Shown: piece by piece, positions 8,356 through 17,190 of the stretch
How the letters are laid out: each line of letters begins with the position of its first letter
Numbering within the stretch: the first letter of the stretch is position 1
Virus record (IMG/VR): IMGVR_UViG_3300049893_001270
Location: 1-61,891 of that record
Strand: one strand, 5' to 3'
Length of the DNA stretch: 61,891 nucleotides
From: a virus
Lineage: Duplodnaviria; Caudoviricetes
Notes under the pieces: model-generated
Databases searched by the model: none
What the model was told of the DNA's origin: nothing
What the model saw: only the letters and a program-made list of their open reading frames with translations
Position numbers and translations under genes: made by a program

Positions 8356-9795
8356 GTGGAAATCGAGCTGACGAACACAGTCGCGCGCGTGGTGAAAAAA
8401 ACAGCGCACGAAGCATCCTGGCTCCACAACTTCCTGACCTACAACGAAAAGAAGAGAACGCAGTTCGGCTTTTCGAGTCAGGCAGTCAGCCTGATGCACA
8501 TGGTAGATCAGACCTTCCCCGCTGGCCTCGTTACGCTGGTGAAGCGCGTAGCCAAGCGGGAGGGGTTCTCGATCGACGTATACGATCACCGAAAGTTCGA
8601 CGTACCGATCAACACGTCGGCCGATCTAGATTGGCTGCGTGACTACCAGATGGAAGCGTTAGAGTGGTGCGTACACGCGAAGCGAGGCATCATTCACGCC
8701 GCCACGGGCAGCGGTAAGACGGAAGTAATCATCGCAGCCACGATGGTGCTGCCGTGTAAATGGCTGGTGCTGGTTCACCGAAAAGAACTGCTGCACCAGT
8801 TCGCTGGCCGCTACAAGACTCGCACGGGGGAGGATTGCGGTGTTTGGGGTGACGGGCAATTCAAGGACGGCAGGGTGATTGTTGCCAGCGTGCAGACGGT
8901 TGCACGCGCGCTCGCCAAACGCGACCCACGCGCAGTCAAGCGTCTCGCGGGCATGAAGGGGCTGATCATCGACGAGTGCCACATCTCGGGCGCTCAGTCT
9001 GTCGTGACGATTGCAAACAACATGCATCAAGCGTCGTACAGGCTTGGGTTCAGCGCGACGCCTCTGGATCGTTCGGATGAAAAGAACCTTCTGGTGATCG
9101 GCGTGATTGGCGAGGTGATTTTTTCGATCAACGCCAAGAAGCTGATCGAGATGGAGGCTATCGCCAAACCGAAGATCCGGCTTGTACGGGCACCGATGTC
9201 TCCCGGCGTGGCAGAGAAGCTGACTGGGTATGGTGACTACGCTGCGACCTACAGACGGCTGATCTCGGGCGGTAAGTACAGGATCGTGACCACGGTTGAG
9301 ACGGTGATGAAAGCCGTGAAGCCGTGCATGGTGTTCGTGAAACTTATCGACCACGGCAAGGCGCTCGCCAAGGCGTTGTGTGAGTCTGGCGCTCGGGCTG
9401 AGTTTGTGTGGGGCGGCAAGAACAGCTACGCGCGCAAAATGGCGATCAAGCGTTTGCGGGACGGCGACATCGACGTGCTGGTCGCGAACGTGATCATGCA
9501 AGAGGGCGTGGACATCCCAGAGCTGATGTCCGTGGTGCTGGCCGACGGCGGCAAGTCTGTGATCGCTTCTGTGCAGTCCACAGGGCGTGGGTCACGCACA
9601 AAGGATCAGCACGGCAATACAATCAAGACCGAGTTCGACGTGTACGACATCGCGGATCGTGACTGCGGATGCCGCTACAAAGATCCATACGGCGGTTGGT
9701 CTTACGCGCACCCGCCGTGCAAGTGGCTCGACAGCCACACACGCAAGCGTATCCAGACCTACAAGCGCGAAGGGTACGAGATCATTGAAGAGTGA
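8356..9795 (+). CDS. superfamily 2 (UvsW/ResIII-like) helicase
   Basis: LRDYQ Q-motif, ATGSGKT, DECH, SAT, EGVDIP, QSTGRGSR. Confidence 0.92.
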   Translation: MEIELTNTVARVVKKTAHEASWLHNFLTYNEKKRTQFGFSSQAVSLMHMVDQTFPAGLVTLVKRVAKREGFSIDVYDHRKFDVPINTSADLDWLRDYQMEALEWCVHAKRGIIHAATGSGKTEVIIAATMVLPCKWLVLVHRKELLHQFAGRYKTRTGEDCGVWGDGQFKDGRVIVASVQTVARALAKRDPRAVKRLAGMKGLIIDECHISGAQSVVTIANNMHQASYRLGFSATPLDRSDEKNLLVIGVIGEVIFSINAKKLIEMEAIAKPKIRLVRAPMSPGVAEKLTGYGDYAATYRRLISGGKYRIVTTVETVMKAVKPCMVFVKLIDHGKALAKALCESGARAEFVWGGKNSYARKMAIKRLRDGDIDVLVANVIMQEGVDIPELMSVVLADGGKSVIASVQSTGRGSRTKDQHGNTIKTEFDVYDIADRDCGCRYKDPYGGWSYAHPPCKWLDSHTRKRIQTYKREGYEIIEE

Positions 9796-10268
9796 TGTTG
9801 AGAAGCTACGTTGAAACACGCTCGCAGATTCTAACAATGCTGGCAGAGCTGACCCGCAGGTTTCAAGAAGAGTACCCCAACGACAACGTCAAGAGCTTCA
9901 TCGTTGGCGGCAACGAACGCTTGGTCATCAGAGGCGCGGCCATCCCGCATACTCGCTACGTTACGTCGGACTTCATTTTCAGCACGCCGTTCGGGATGCT
10001 CAAAGCTGAGTCCCCAAGAAGTGTGTGGGGCGGTACAACGATCGCTGTGGCTGGCCTAGCGAACACAGGCCACCGTAAGCGCCGAGCATTCATGGTCGGG
10101 CTGCCGTACATTCGCGAAGAAGAGCGGGCGATGTTGTACCGTATGCACATCGGGCAAGTAGTACAGACGGAAAACCCCAGCGCAGCGTTTCAAATGGTGC
10201 GCATGGCACGGCAGCTCGGAGAGCACGGCAGTACGCTGTTCACGCTGGAGCGCGCCTTTGCAGAATAA
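9792..10268 (+). CDS. hypothetical protein
   Basis: 158 aa coupled to the helicase stop. Confidence 0.55.
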   Translation: MMLRSYVETRSQILTMLAELTRRFQEEYPNDNVKSFIVGGNERLVIRGAAIPHTRYVTSDFIFSTPFGMLKAESPRSVWGGTTIAVAGLANTGHRKRRAFMVGLPYIREEERAMLYRMHIGQVVQTENPSAAFQMVRMARQLGEHGSTLFTLERAFAE

Positions 10269-10524
10269 CAGCTTGTTGCAGCAAGTCGCAAAAGCCTTGG
10301 CGGCTACCACCCCGCCACACCCCGATATGTTCTATGCGGGTGACACGCTGGTGCACCTGCTGACCAGCCCGATATCGTCGGTTCAGCAGACGCACGACGA
10401 TCTGCTTCGAGTGCGTGCATTCGACGAACTGAAAGATCGAATTCGCGTTGCCGAGTGGCTGGTAGCAGCCGAGCAGGTAGATCGCCGCATCCTGCGCTGG
10501 CTTTACCGAGGGGACTGGTACTGA
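10258..10524 (+). CDS. array micro-protein 1
   Basis: motif MFYAGDTLV; TTG start uncertain. Confidence 0.55.
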   Translation: MQNNSLLQQVAKALAATTPPHPDMFYAGDTLVHLLTSPISSVQQTHDDLLRVRAFDELKDRIRVAEWLVAAEQVDRRILRWLYRGDWY

Positions 10525-10679
10525 TAATCGACAAGCCGGTCAGCCTGTTGTTCGGCTGTGCAGACCGTATGATCTGGGACACCTTTAAAGAGGTGTCGCT
10601 CGGGCATCATGTCTTTCTGAACTACGCGCGCAGACGGCGCTTGTTGTTCGTCAGGCTGAACCATGACCCACCTCGATAA
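10515..10679 (+). CDS. array micro-protein 2
   Basis: motif LFGCADRMI; start uncertain (GTG 10455 or CTG 10515/10521 after GAGGGG). Confidence 0.5.
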   Translation: MVLIIDKPVSLLFGCADRMIWDTFKEVSLGHHVFLNYARRRRLLFVRLNHDPPR

Positions 10680-10848
10680 AAAAGAAGCTGCGTCGCTGTT
10701 CGGGTACATCGACTCGCAAATTGAGTCAGCCATATGTACCCCGTTTCAACGATCATCCACGCGACGATCTAGGGTGATGCCCGAGATCATCAGCACGCTG
10801 GCGTCTGTGCGTGTGCTGCTTCTTTTAGGGTTGGTGTGGCGGCGATGA
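10663..10848 (+). CDS. array micro-protein 3
   Basis: motif LFGYIDSQI; ends GLVWRR. Confidence 0.6.
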   Translation: MTHLDKKEAASLFGYIDSQIESAICTPFQRSSTRRSRVMPEIISTLASVRVLLLLGLVWRR

Positions 10849-11015
10849 GCTCACACAACGATCGCCAATTGATCGACATGATCAAGTCCACACACGCAAG
10901 CATGTTCGAGTTTGCCGATAGCGCGGTCATGGTTGCGATGGATCGCGGCGTGCTGCCCACCGGCATGATGCGGCTACTGAGGCTGTGCGCAGCGGGGTCG
11001 TTGGTATGGCGCTAG
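10845..11015 (+). CDS. array micro-protein 4 (56 aa, below ORF-track cutoff)
   Basis: ATGA overlap; MSSHNDRQLIDMIKSTHASMFEFADSAVMVAM...GSLVWR. Confidence 0.65.
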   Translation: MSSHNDRQLIDMIKSTHASMFEFADSAVMVAMDRGVLPTGMMRLLRLCAAGSLVWR

Positions 11016-11221
11016 CGAAAGGTAACGGTACGGTGAATCACACATATCCGACTACGCCGACCAAGTACGCCACGACCCGGCGCACGATCACTAACATGCG
11101 AGCGTTCGCTGACGCCGCTATCAGCGCCGTGATGAATGCCGTCAATGGCCGAAATGAGGTCGCTCCTGTGGCGATGCGATCCCTCAAGTCGATAGCCTGT
11201 GGGTTACTGGTATGGCGCTAG
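11006..11221 (+). CDS. array micro-protein 5
   Basis: motif MRAFADAAI; ends GLLVWR. Confidence 0.6.
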   Translation: MALAKGNGTVNHTYPTTPTKYATTRRTITNMRAFADAAISAVMNAVNGRNEVAPVAMRSLKSIACGLLVWR

Positions 11222-11409
11222 TATTCGTACCCATCAACGATTTGCACCGCCTTGCAGCGGACGGCATGTATCGTAGGGCTGACGAAACGATCCGCGCGCG
11301 GATTAACCGTGGCCGTCAGGTTTCCTGGCTGGCTCCGTGGGTTGTCATAGGTCGGGCAAGGATCGACGAGCTCATCTGGATGGTGGCGAGTGCGCGATCC
11401 CAACCATAA
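11212..11409 (+). CDS. array micro-protein 6
   Basis: motif MYRRADETI; RARIDELI. Confidence 0.6.
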   Translation: MALVFVPINDLHRLAADGMYRRADETIRARINRGRQVSWLAPWVVIGRARIDELIWMVASARSQP

Positions 11410-11578
11410 TCACGCGTGCGTGTTCGAATTAGCGGACATTGAAGTCTTCGATTTCAACAGCATGTACCGCCCGCCGATCTACTTCTACGCGCACTCTGGA
11501 TTCACTCAGCTTCGTTGGCGGCGGGCGCGTATGCGGGAGCTGCTGATAGCGTTCAACAAAGGCGGCGTGTATGCGTAA
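11390..11578 (+). CDS. array micro-protein 7
   Basis: motif VFELADIEV; RARMRELL. Confidence 0.6.
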   Translation: MRDPNHNHACVFELADIEVFDFNSMYRPPIYFYAHSGFTQLRWRRARMRELLIAFNKGGVYA

Positions 11579-11981
11579 CACCACAATGATGCGCGCGGCT
11601 GACGGGCTGACCGCAGAGGCGGTGTGTGAGCCGCAGCCGCACAGGCACACAACACCCAACCCACCAACGTCGCGGCACAGCAACCTCTCGCGCGGGCCGT
11701 TGATGCGCTCACTGGCAGCGTACAAGACCCTAACCGACCCATCGCGCCTGCCTGCCACAGACGATTGGGTTTATCGGGTGGGCAATTTCCCAGCATGGAA
11801 GCGAGACTTCTACACGCACCTCTGCGCCGTGGCAGCCAACTTCGTAGAGGAGATGCTTTTCACATACGACAGCGCGCGACTGCGGTATCTTCGCCAGCAC
11901 TACAGGATTTTTACGGTCAACAGATCGCGCGAGCTTGACATGGAGTGCAAGCGTCGAGAGGTGCGGTATGGGTACTGGTAA
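11571..11981 (+). CDS. array protein 8 (longer, degenerate motif)
   Basis: MMRAADGLT near the N-terminus; 136 aa. Confidence 0.5.
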   Translation: MRNTTMMRAADGLTAEAVCEPQPHRHTTPNPPTSRHSNLSRGPLMRSLAAYKTLTDPSRLPATDDWVYRVGNFPAWKRDFYTHLCAVAANFVEEMLFTYDSARLRYLRQHYRIFTVNRSRELDMECKRREVRYGYW

Positions 11982-12186
11982 TCGCACGACGTATGTGACG
12001 CTGGACGGGCGCGAGCTTTCGACCCTGTACACGAAGAGCATCCACGAGCTCCTCGTATGTGCAGATGTCTGCGTACTGAGCGCAGCCCGCGGCAGCACGT
12101 ACTGGATGAGCGCCGAGAACAGCGCACGCCGCCAAGCTATCCTCGGGCTGCTGAAGAGGACGCGCGATGACGATTACGATTACTAG
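11968..12186 (+). CDS. array micro-protein 9
   Basis: motif LLVCADVCV(LSAA); GAGG upstream. Confidence 0.6.
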   Translation: MGTGNRTTYVTLDGRELSTLYTKSIHELLVCADVCVLSAARGSTYWMSAENSARRQAILGLLKRTRDDDYDY

Positions 12187-12376
12187 CCAGGACTATGCCC
12201 GCTTTGCGGGCAACATGTGGCGGTATGCGGACACAGTGGTGTTCAACGCTGCGGCGTCCGGCGTAAAAACACGCGCGTCCGTGTTCAACTACTTCGCCAA
12301 TGGGAAAGAGCTAATGGCTGTGCTGTCGGTTATTTTCGATCCTCGAAAAGACAGAGAAAGGGTGGTCGGGCTGTGA
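12167..12376 (+). CDS. array micro-protein 10
   Basis: motif MWRYADTVV(FNAA); GAGGA upstream. Confidence 0.6.
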   Translation: MTITITSQDYARFAGNMWRYADTVVFNAAASGVKTRASVFNYFANGKELMAVLSVIFDPRKDRERVVGL

Positions 12377-12612
12377 AACCGTACAACTTGAACAAGTACA
12401 GCAGCGTTGGGTCGTACCCGTTGTTCATGGCACGGGGTGGCCGTGCCTACTGCATCGACTGCGCGAACGAGGAGCTACCGAGTCCGCACGACGTGATCGA
12501 CGCAAACTGGGAGAACCCAGAATTCTTCTGCGATCAGTGTGACGCCAGGATCGAGTCCGCGTACGCAGAGCACCTACGGGGGTATCATGGCGACCCGCCC
12601 ACCGACGGATAG
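12373..12612 (+). CDS. small CxxC...CxxC zinc-binding phage protein (not an array member)
   Basis: GSYPLF, CIDC, NWE...FCDQC...IESAY; GTGA overlap. Confidence 0.65.
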   Translation: MKPYNLNKYSSVGSYPLFMARGGRAYCIDCANEELPSPHDVIDANWENPEFFCDQCDARIESAYAEHLRGYHGDPPTDG

Positions 12613-12766
12613 CTCGTCGTACTACCTGCACCGCCTAGCAGACGCGATGGTGCGCGTAGTCCTTGTTGTACCGCCTCTCCTAGACGCACCTCGCCTACGC
12701 TCCAAGGATCGGGTTGTCACGTTCAACCGGCTGCTGGACATCTTCACCACGGGGCTAGACGACTGA
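12587..12766 (+). CDS. array micro-protein 11
   Basis: DSSSYYLHRLADAMV. Confidence 0.6.
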   Translation: MATRPPTDSSSYYLHRLADAMVRVVLVVPPLLDAPRLRSKDRVVTFNRLLDIFTTGLDD

Positions 12767-12769
12767 CCG

Positions 12770-12967
12770 ATGATTAGTTCCCTGACACCCACTGACGCAA
12801 TCGACTATGCGTACTTCTGTGCAGATCGATTGATTCCGATCGCCATAACGGAGGGCAGCGTGCGTCTGGCTCGGCATTTAGGTGTGCGGTCGGATTGGCG
12901 AACAGCCTGCTTTCAGACAGTGAGCACACCCGGATCGTACGTGCTCTACCGTTGGATAGACCCATGA
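12770..12967 (+). CDS. array micro-protein 12
   Basis: motif AYFCADRLI. Confidence 0.6.
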   Translation: MISSLTPTDAIDYAYFCADRLIPIAITEGSVRLARHLGVRSDWRTACFQTVSTPGSYVLYRWIDP

Positions 12968-13218
12968 AAGCGCAAATCAAAGAAGTGTTCGCCTTCAGCG
13001 ACGAGCTGCTGTTCTTGTGTACGACTTATAGCGTGACTTGGCGTCGCGGTGTTCGCCCACTACTGATGAACAAACTACGAAAAAGGTTCACGGTCTGCGG
13101 CGTGTACGATTACGCTGACTGGGTCGTCGCAAACTTGCACTCACCCTCTTTCACGAATGGGCGTGATCGTAAATGGTTTACGCGCGTAATGATGCACAGT
13201 CCCTCGCTACACGGGTAG
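12964..13218 (+). CDS. array protein 13 (two motif copies)
   Basis: VFAFSDELL and VYDYADWVV; ATGA overlap. Confidence 0.6.
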   Translation: MKAQIKEVFAFSDELLFLCTTYSVTWRRGVRPLLMNKLRKRFTVCGVYDYADWVVANLHSPSFTNGRDRKWFTRVMMHSPSLHG

Positions 13219-13502
13219 CCCTAGACTACGGGTTGTATAACGACTCCATCGCGATGGTCGTCGCGCTGGGTTTGCGCGGGCGTATGCACCGCCGACATCT
13301 CACGCTCTTGACGCGCCCACCAATGCGCGGGCTGGCAGTGAAATTGCTCTTCTTACTGGCTGACAAATCGGTCAGAAACACGGTGCTGTTTGGCGATATC
13401 ACTACGCGCGCAGCATGGTACATGGCGAACATTTTCCCATCCAGCTACAGAATGGGCGTGCTCAATGAACTCGCTAACAGCGCAATTCAGCTCGACGAGT
13501 GA
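13173..13502 (+). CDS. array protein 14
   Basis: LFLLADKSV plus degenerate YGLYNDSIA. Confidence 0.55.
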   Translation: MVYARNDAQSLATRVALDYGLYNDSIAMVVALGLRGRMHRRHLTLLTRPPMRGLAVKLLFLLADKSVRNTVLFGDITTRAAWYMANIFPSSYRMGVLNELANSAIQLDE

Positions 13503-13650
13503 CTCGTCATACTTCGCGGTGTTCACGGGAGCAGACGCGATGGTGTACTTGGCGATGATGCACTTGACGAGGCTCTCGCAGAACGCGAGCGTACGACTGA
13601 CGCCCAGGCCCATACTCATGGAGCGGCTGAAACTTCGACTGGCCGCGTAG
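13465..13650 (+). CDS. array micro-protein 15
   Basis: SDSSYFAVFTGADAMV. Confidence 0.6.
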   Translation: MNSLTAQFSSTSDSSYFAVFTGADAMVYLAMMHLTRLSQNASVRLTPRPILMERLKLRLAA

Positions 13651-13659
13651 CCAACAGGA

Positions 13660-14370
13660 GTGATCGACGTGTTTCGAGAGCTGCTGGAGTCCCCCGAGGA
13701 TTTCGACGGGGGTGGAGACTTCGTCTGCCCGCCCAACAACATGGCGTCAGTGCTTCGCGCGCTGAACACAGGAGAGTTTCCGCGTGACCCGGCTGACCTT
13801 GTTGTCAGCGTACCGGCTCCTCCGTTTCTGCACGAAGTCTCGCCGTTGTACGAGACGCAAGCGGTGTTTCTAGCGCAAGCGTACGAGCACTATTGCCGCC
13901 ACAAATACGGGCACGTTCCTGCGTGCAAGATCAAGCGTGCGGCGCGAAAGCCGATGCTGATGAGCGCCGCGGCCTTCTTCGTAGCGCACAAGCTCGCCCC
14001 GCATGAATGGTTCGTGTTCATGTCGTTTGTGTGGCACAGCTACATGGATCACCCGGCCAACGAGCCGCCACCGATGCGCATGGTGTTCGACCTCGAACGC
14101 ATCCGAAAGAACCGCGGCTGGTGTCGAAGTGAAACCCGCTTGTTCCCTCAACGGTTGTCGCTTGTCCCCACGGTGGCACATTACCTCGCGGGGTATCTCG
14201 CGTGTTACCGAGCCGCGGAGTCTGGGAGCGTCGCGCGCACACGGTATACGATCGGCCTGTTTTTTCCTAACGGCTGGCAGCGGGTGTATGACACAGCCCT
14301 AGCCGCCGCGACCAAACACAAAGACGAGCTGCTCGCCAAGCGAAACGCTGGTCTTTTTCTCTGGGAGTAA
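13660..14370 (+). CDS. hypothetical protein upstream of the replicative helicase (possible loader/initiator)
   Basis: 236 aa; function inferred from position only. Confidence 0.55.
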   Translation: MIDVFRELLESPEDFDGGGDFVCPPNNMASVLRALNTGEFPRDPADLVVSVPAPPFLHEVSPLYETQAVFLAQAYEHYCRHKYGHVPACKIKRAARKPMLMSAAAFFVAHKLAPHEWFVFMSFVWHSYMDHPANEPPPMRMVFDLERIRKNRGWCRSETRLFPQRLSLVPTVAHYLAGYLACYRAAESGSVARTRYTIGLFFPNGWQRVYDTALAAATKHKDELLAKRNAGLFLWE

Positions 14371-14381
14371 TGGAGCCGTAG

Positions 14382-15719
14382 ATGTCCAGTTACGGAATGG
14401 CGCTGGCGTTTGAGCAAACCGTTGCCTGCATGGCAGCGCAACGCCCAAAGTTCTTTTCAACCGTCGTCGAGTCGATCGACCCTGAGCTGTTCAGCGACAC
14501 GCACGCTCGAACGATCGTGACGGCGGCGCAGCTCATCTACCGCGAGACGGGCAACTGCCCGTCATCCCCCGTCGTGACTGCGCAGCGGCTCGCCCGTATG
14601 CATATCGACGGGAAGCTCACCGAGGCGGCGAAGGACGCCGCTATTGATCTTCTCATCGACTTGGACATCGGCAACATCAAGGACGAGGAGATCATCGATC
14701 AGCTTCGTCCTGTGATGCTGTCGTTCGTGAACAAATCGATTGCGCGTGCAGCCATCGACGCCGTTGGCTCGGGCAACTTCAAGCCGGTTCGCGACGCCAT
14801 CGACATGGCCGACAAGATCGGCCGCATGGACTCGGATCTCGGCGTGTCCGACGATATGGATGTCAACTCTTACATCCGATCGTGCGCTGTGCGCGACAAG
14901 CTGACGACCGGGATAATGGAGCTCGACATTCTCTGCGGTAACGGTGGTACGAACATCGGCACGCTAGAAACGATGGTCGCAAAGACATCGGGCGGAAAGT
15001 CGATGTGGCTCGTGCACCGTGCGAAGCACGCACTGCGTGCTGGTCGTTTCACCGGGATCGTCACGCTGGAGCTCAACCAGGCCAAGTGGCTCGCGCGTCT
15101 GTATGCCAGCTTCACGGGCATCCCGACCAACCTGATTCTGAACGAAACGATGCTGCGCGAGGCGTGCGGAATCATGGAGTCCATCAAGCCAAACATCGCA
15201 CCGTTCGTGTTGAAGTACATGAACCCGGTCAACACCAAGCTCTCTGACATCCAGCAGTGGGTCGAACAGATCGAGCAGCGCCGCGGGCGTAAGATGGACG
15301 TGTTGGTCGTGGACTACCTCGACAAGATCGTCACGGACAGCGACGCGACCGACTACAAAGCTCTCGGTCGCGTGTTCGAGGGTACGCGGGTGTGGATGGA
15401 GGACACGAACCGCTGGGGGATCACCGCGTCGCAGCCCAAGCGCCAGGATGGCAAAAACAGGCTCGCGGTTCTTACCACAGAGGATCTGTCCGACTCGCAG
15501 AACAAAGCCCGCATCGTGGACTACATCTTCACTGCGAACCGCAACGAAGAGAACCACGTCACAATCACCAAGCTGAAAGACCGCCACGACGGCAATGAGG
15601 GCAAGAGCGTCGGCCCGTACCCGTCGAACTTCGCGTGCGCCCAGATCGTGCCCGACAACGCAGCAGTGATGTCGATGGCCGACATGGTCGCCAGGGGCGA
15701 CAATGGGAAACTGGAATAA
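14382..15719 (+). CDS. DnaB-like (SF4) replicative DNA helicase
   Basis: TTGIMELD, Walker A AKTSGGKS, TLE, Walker B VVDYLD, TASQ, KDR. Confidence 0.9.
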   Translation: MSSYGMALAFEQTVACMAAQRPKFFSTVVESIDPELFSDTHARTIVTAAQLIYRETGNCPSSPVVTAQRLARMHIDGKLTEAAKDAAIDLLIDLDIGNIKDEEIIDQLRPVMLSFVNKSIARAAIDAVGSGNFKPVRDAIDMADKIGRMDSDLGVSDDMDVNSYIRSCAVRDKLTTGIMELDILCGNGGTNIGTLETMVAKTSGGKSMWLVHRAKHALRAGRFTGIVTLELNQAKWLARLYASFTGIPTNLILNETMLREACGIMESIKPNIAPFVLKYMNPVNTKLSDIQQWVEQIEQRRGRKMDVLVVDYLDKIVTDSDATDYKALGRVFEGTRVWMEDTNRWGITASQPKRQDGKNRLAVLTTEDLSDSQNKARIVDYIFTANRNEENHVTITKLKDRHDGNEGKSVGPYPSNFACAQIVPDNAAVMSMADMVARGDNGKLE

Positions 15720-16311
15720 GCGCGGCGTCGGTAAACTGCTCGATCTTCAAGCTCTGTCAGTACCGCTGCTCAACGTCGCCAGCAACGTAGGACTTTGGAC
15801 AGAGTTTCACGCCACCGAGTTCGCGTCGCCAACAGAGCGGGTCGGCTGGTATGACTGGCGCATAGACAGGTTGCTGCGTAGTGACGCGCCGACTGACGTG
15901 TTGCTGTCTCTGCCCGACAAAGAAAAACTACTCTGGTACCTGCTGCTACACACCCACGCGCGCCACGGGTGGGTCAATCGTAGGTCCAACATCTACGACA
16001 GCTCTGTGCTAGGCGCGGTTTTATTGAACCCAGATAAGTGCATCCCGCTGATGGTGAGCCATCCGGTGACTGTGCTGATGCGTCTGAACGACAGCACGTT
16101 GATGACGCTCAACAAAGAAAAGTACCGGCGCGCACGCGGGCGGTGGCTCGCTCGGATGCCTGAGATAGTGACCGCGCTACGGCTACAGAGCACGATCCAC
16201 CTGACCGCGCTGGGTCTGCACCCATTCTTTACTATTCACCTACCGAAACGGGTGATGCGCGCTTTTGAGCTAGGCGAAACAGCGCACCGCCTTTCCACTA
16301 CCTTCAAGTGA
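15703..16311 (+). CDS. hypothetical protein
   Basis: 202-aa ORF in operon. Confidence 0.55.
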   Translation: MGNWNKRGVGKLLDLQALSVPLLNVASNVGLWTEFHATEFASPTERVGWYDWRIDRLLRSDAPTDVLLSLPDKEKLLWYLLLHTHARHGWVNRRSNIYDSSVLGAVLLNPDKCIPLMVSHPVTVLMRLNDSTLMTLNKEKYRRARGRWLARMPEIVTALRLQSTIHLTALGLHPFFTIHLPKRVMRAFELGETAHRLSTTFK

Positions 16312-16318
16312 GAAATCG

Positions 16319-17113
16319 ATGCCATCCAAAGTAACACCAGTGTTCGTGCGCCCGATGGTTGATCGGTGCGCACCGATGACGCTCGTTGGGCCAGACGCGT
16401 ATGGTACACCACGCGCGATCCCGCAGTTCACTGTCAGACACTATTACGATGCGTGGAAGCTGGAAGCTGGGGAGCGGATCATGCCCTTCGGCGTCGGCTC
16501 GATCAGCGAGTACGGCGACCACTACAACGCCGTTCTGAACGCGTGGCTAAACGCCGACTACAGCGGCACGATCCCACCCGGCGTTTGGCTGACCCCGGAG
16601 TCCGACATCAAGATCGGGTCGGACGTTTGGTGGGAGCTGGTAGCTTCGCCCGCAGTGGTCGTGCCGGTGAGCGACCTTCGTCGGTTGTTGTTTGCAGCGT
16701 GGCGCGCCACCGATGGCAGCCGGGACTATGGCGGGTGGCCTTACCACGCGAACAACAACAGATCCAAGCACGCCGCGGTGGTGTACGCAGAGTACCTCAC
16801 TAGAATCTCCCGCCTCAACGACACGAGCATCGACATCCGCTACAGGGAGCTTTACGGGAGCAGACTGCCTAACGTCGATATGTGCTTCGCGCATGGCAAG
16901 CGCGTAAAGGAGGCGACTCGTAGCGATTTCGTGCTCTACGATCACAACACGGGGGCCAGTCTCAGCCAAAGCGACTGCAACGATATCTTCGTCAGCTTTC
17001 ACGCCAAGCACGGACTGATCACAATGCTGCACGCCGCAATGCGGGTTCAATACAACAAGCCCAGTGTCTTGTCGGACACGTTGTTCACGGCGTGCACGCT
17101 GAGTTTGTCCTAG
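16319..17113 (+). CDS. hypothetical protein
   Basis: 264-aa ORF in operon. Confidence 0.6.
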   Translation: MPSKVTPVFVRPMVDRCAPMTLVGPDAYGTPRAIPQFTVRHYYDAWKLEAGERIMPFGVGSISEYGDHYNAVLNAWLNADYSGTIPPGVWLTPESDIKIGSDVWWELVASPAVVVPVSDLRRLLFAAWRATDGSRDYGGWPYHANNNRSKHAAVVYAEYLTRISRLNDTSIDIRYRELYGSRLPNVDMCFAHGKRVKEATRSDFVLYDHNTGASLSQSDCNDIFVSFHAKHGLITMLHAAMRVQYNKPSVLSDTLFTACTLSLS

Positions 17114-17190
17114 TTGTTGCTTGGACTCTCCCACGCACATACCCCCCTTTACCGGGGTAAACACACCCTCATTCAGCAAAGCGAAAAACA

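Larger units (their letters stand above)
10258..13650 (+). repeat. tandem array of ~15 diverged micro-ORFs sharing a hydrophobic-(F/Y)-x-x-A-D-x-x-(V/I) motif
   Basis: motif found in nearly every ORF; exact DNA repeats TGGTATGGCGCTAG (11002, 11208) and AGCAGACGCGATGGTG (12637, 13530). Confidence 0.75.

Noticed and set aside
10258-13650. Stop-codon reassignment or a single recoded long gene explaining the many short ORFs
   Set aside because: The ORFs end in TAA, TAG and TGA and change frame at almost every junction; core genes are intact in the standard code.
10258-13650. Diversity-generating retroelement or CRISPR array as the source of the array
   Set aside because: No reverse transcriptase or cas gene, no TR/VR pair with A-specific mismatches and no regularly spaced identical repeats are visible in the window.
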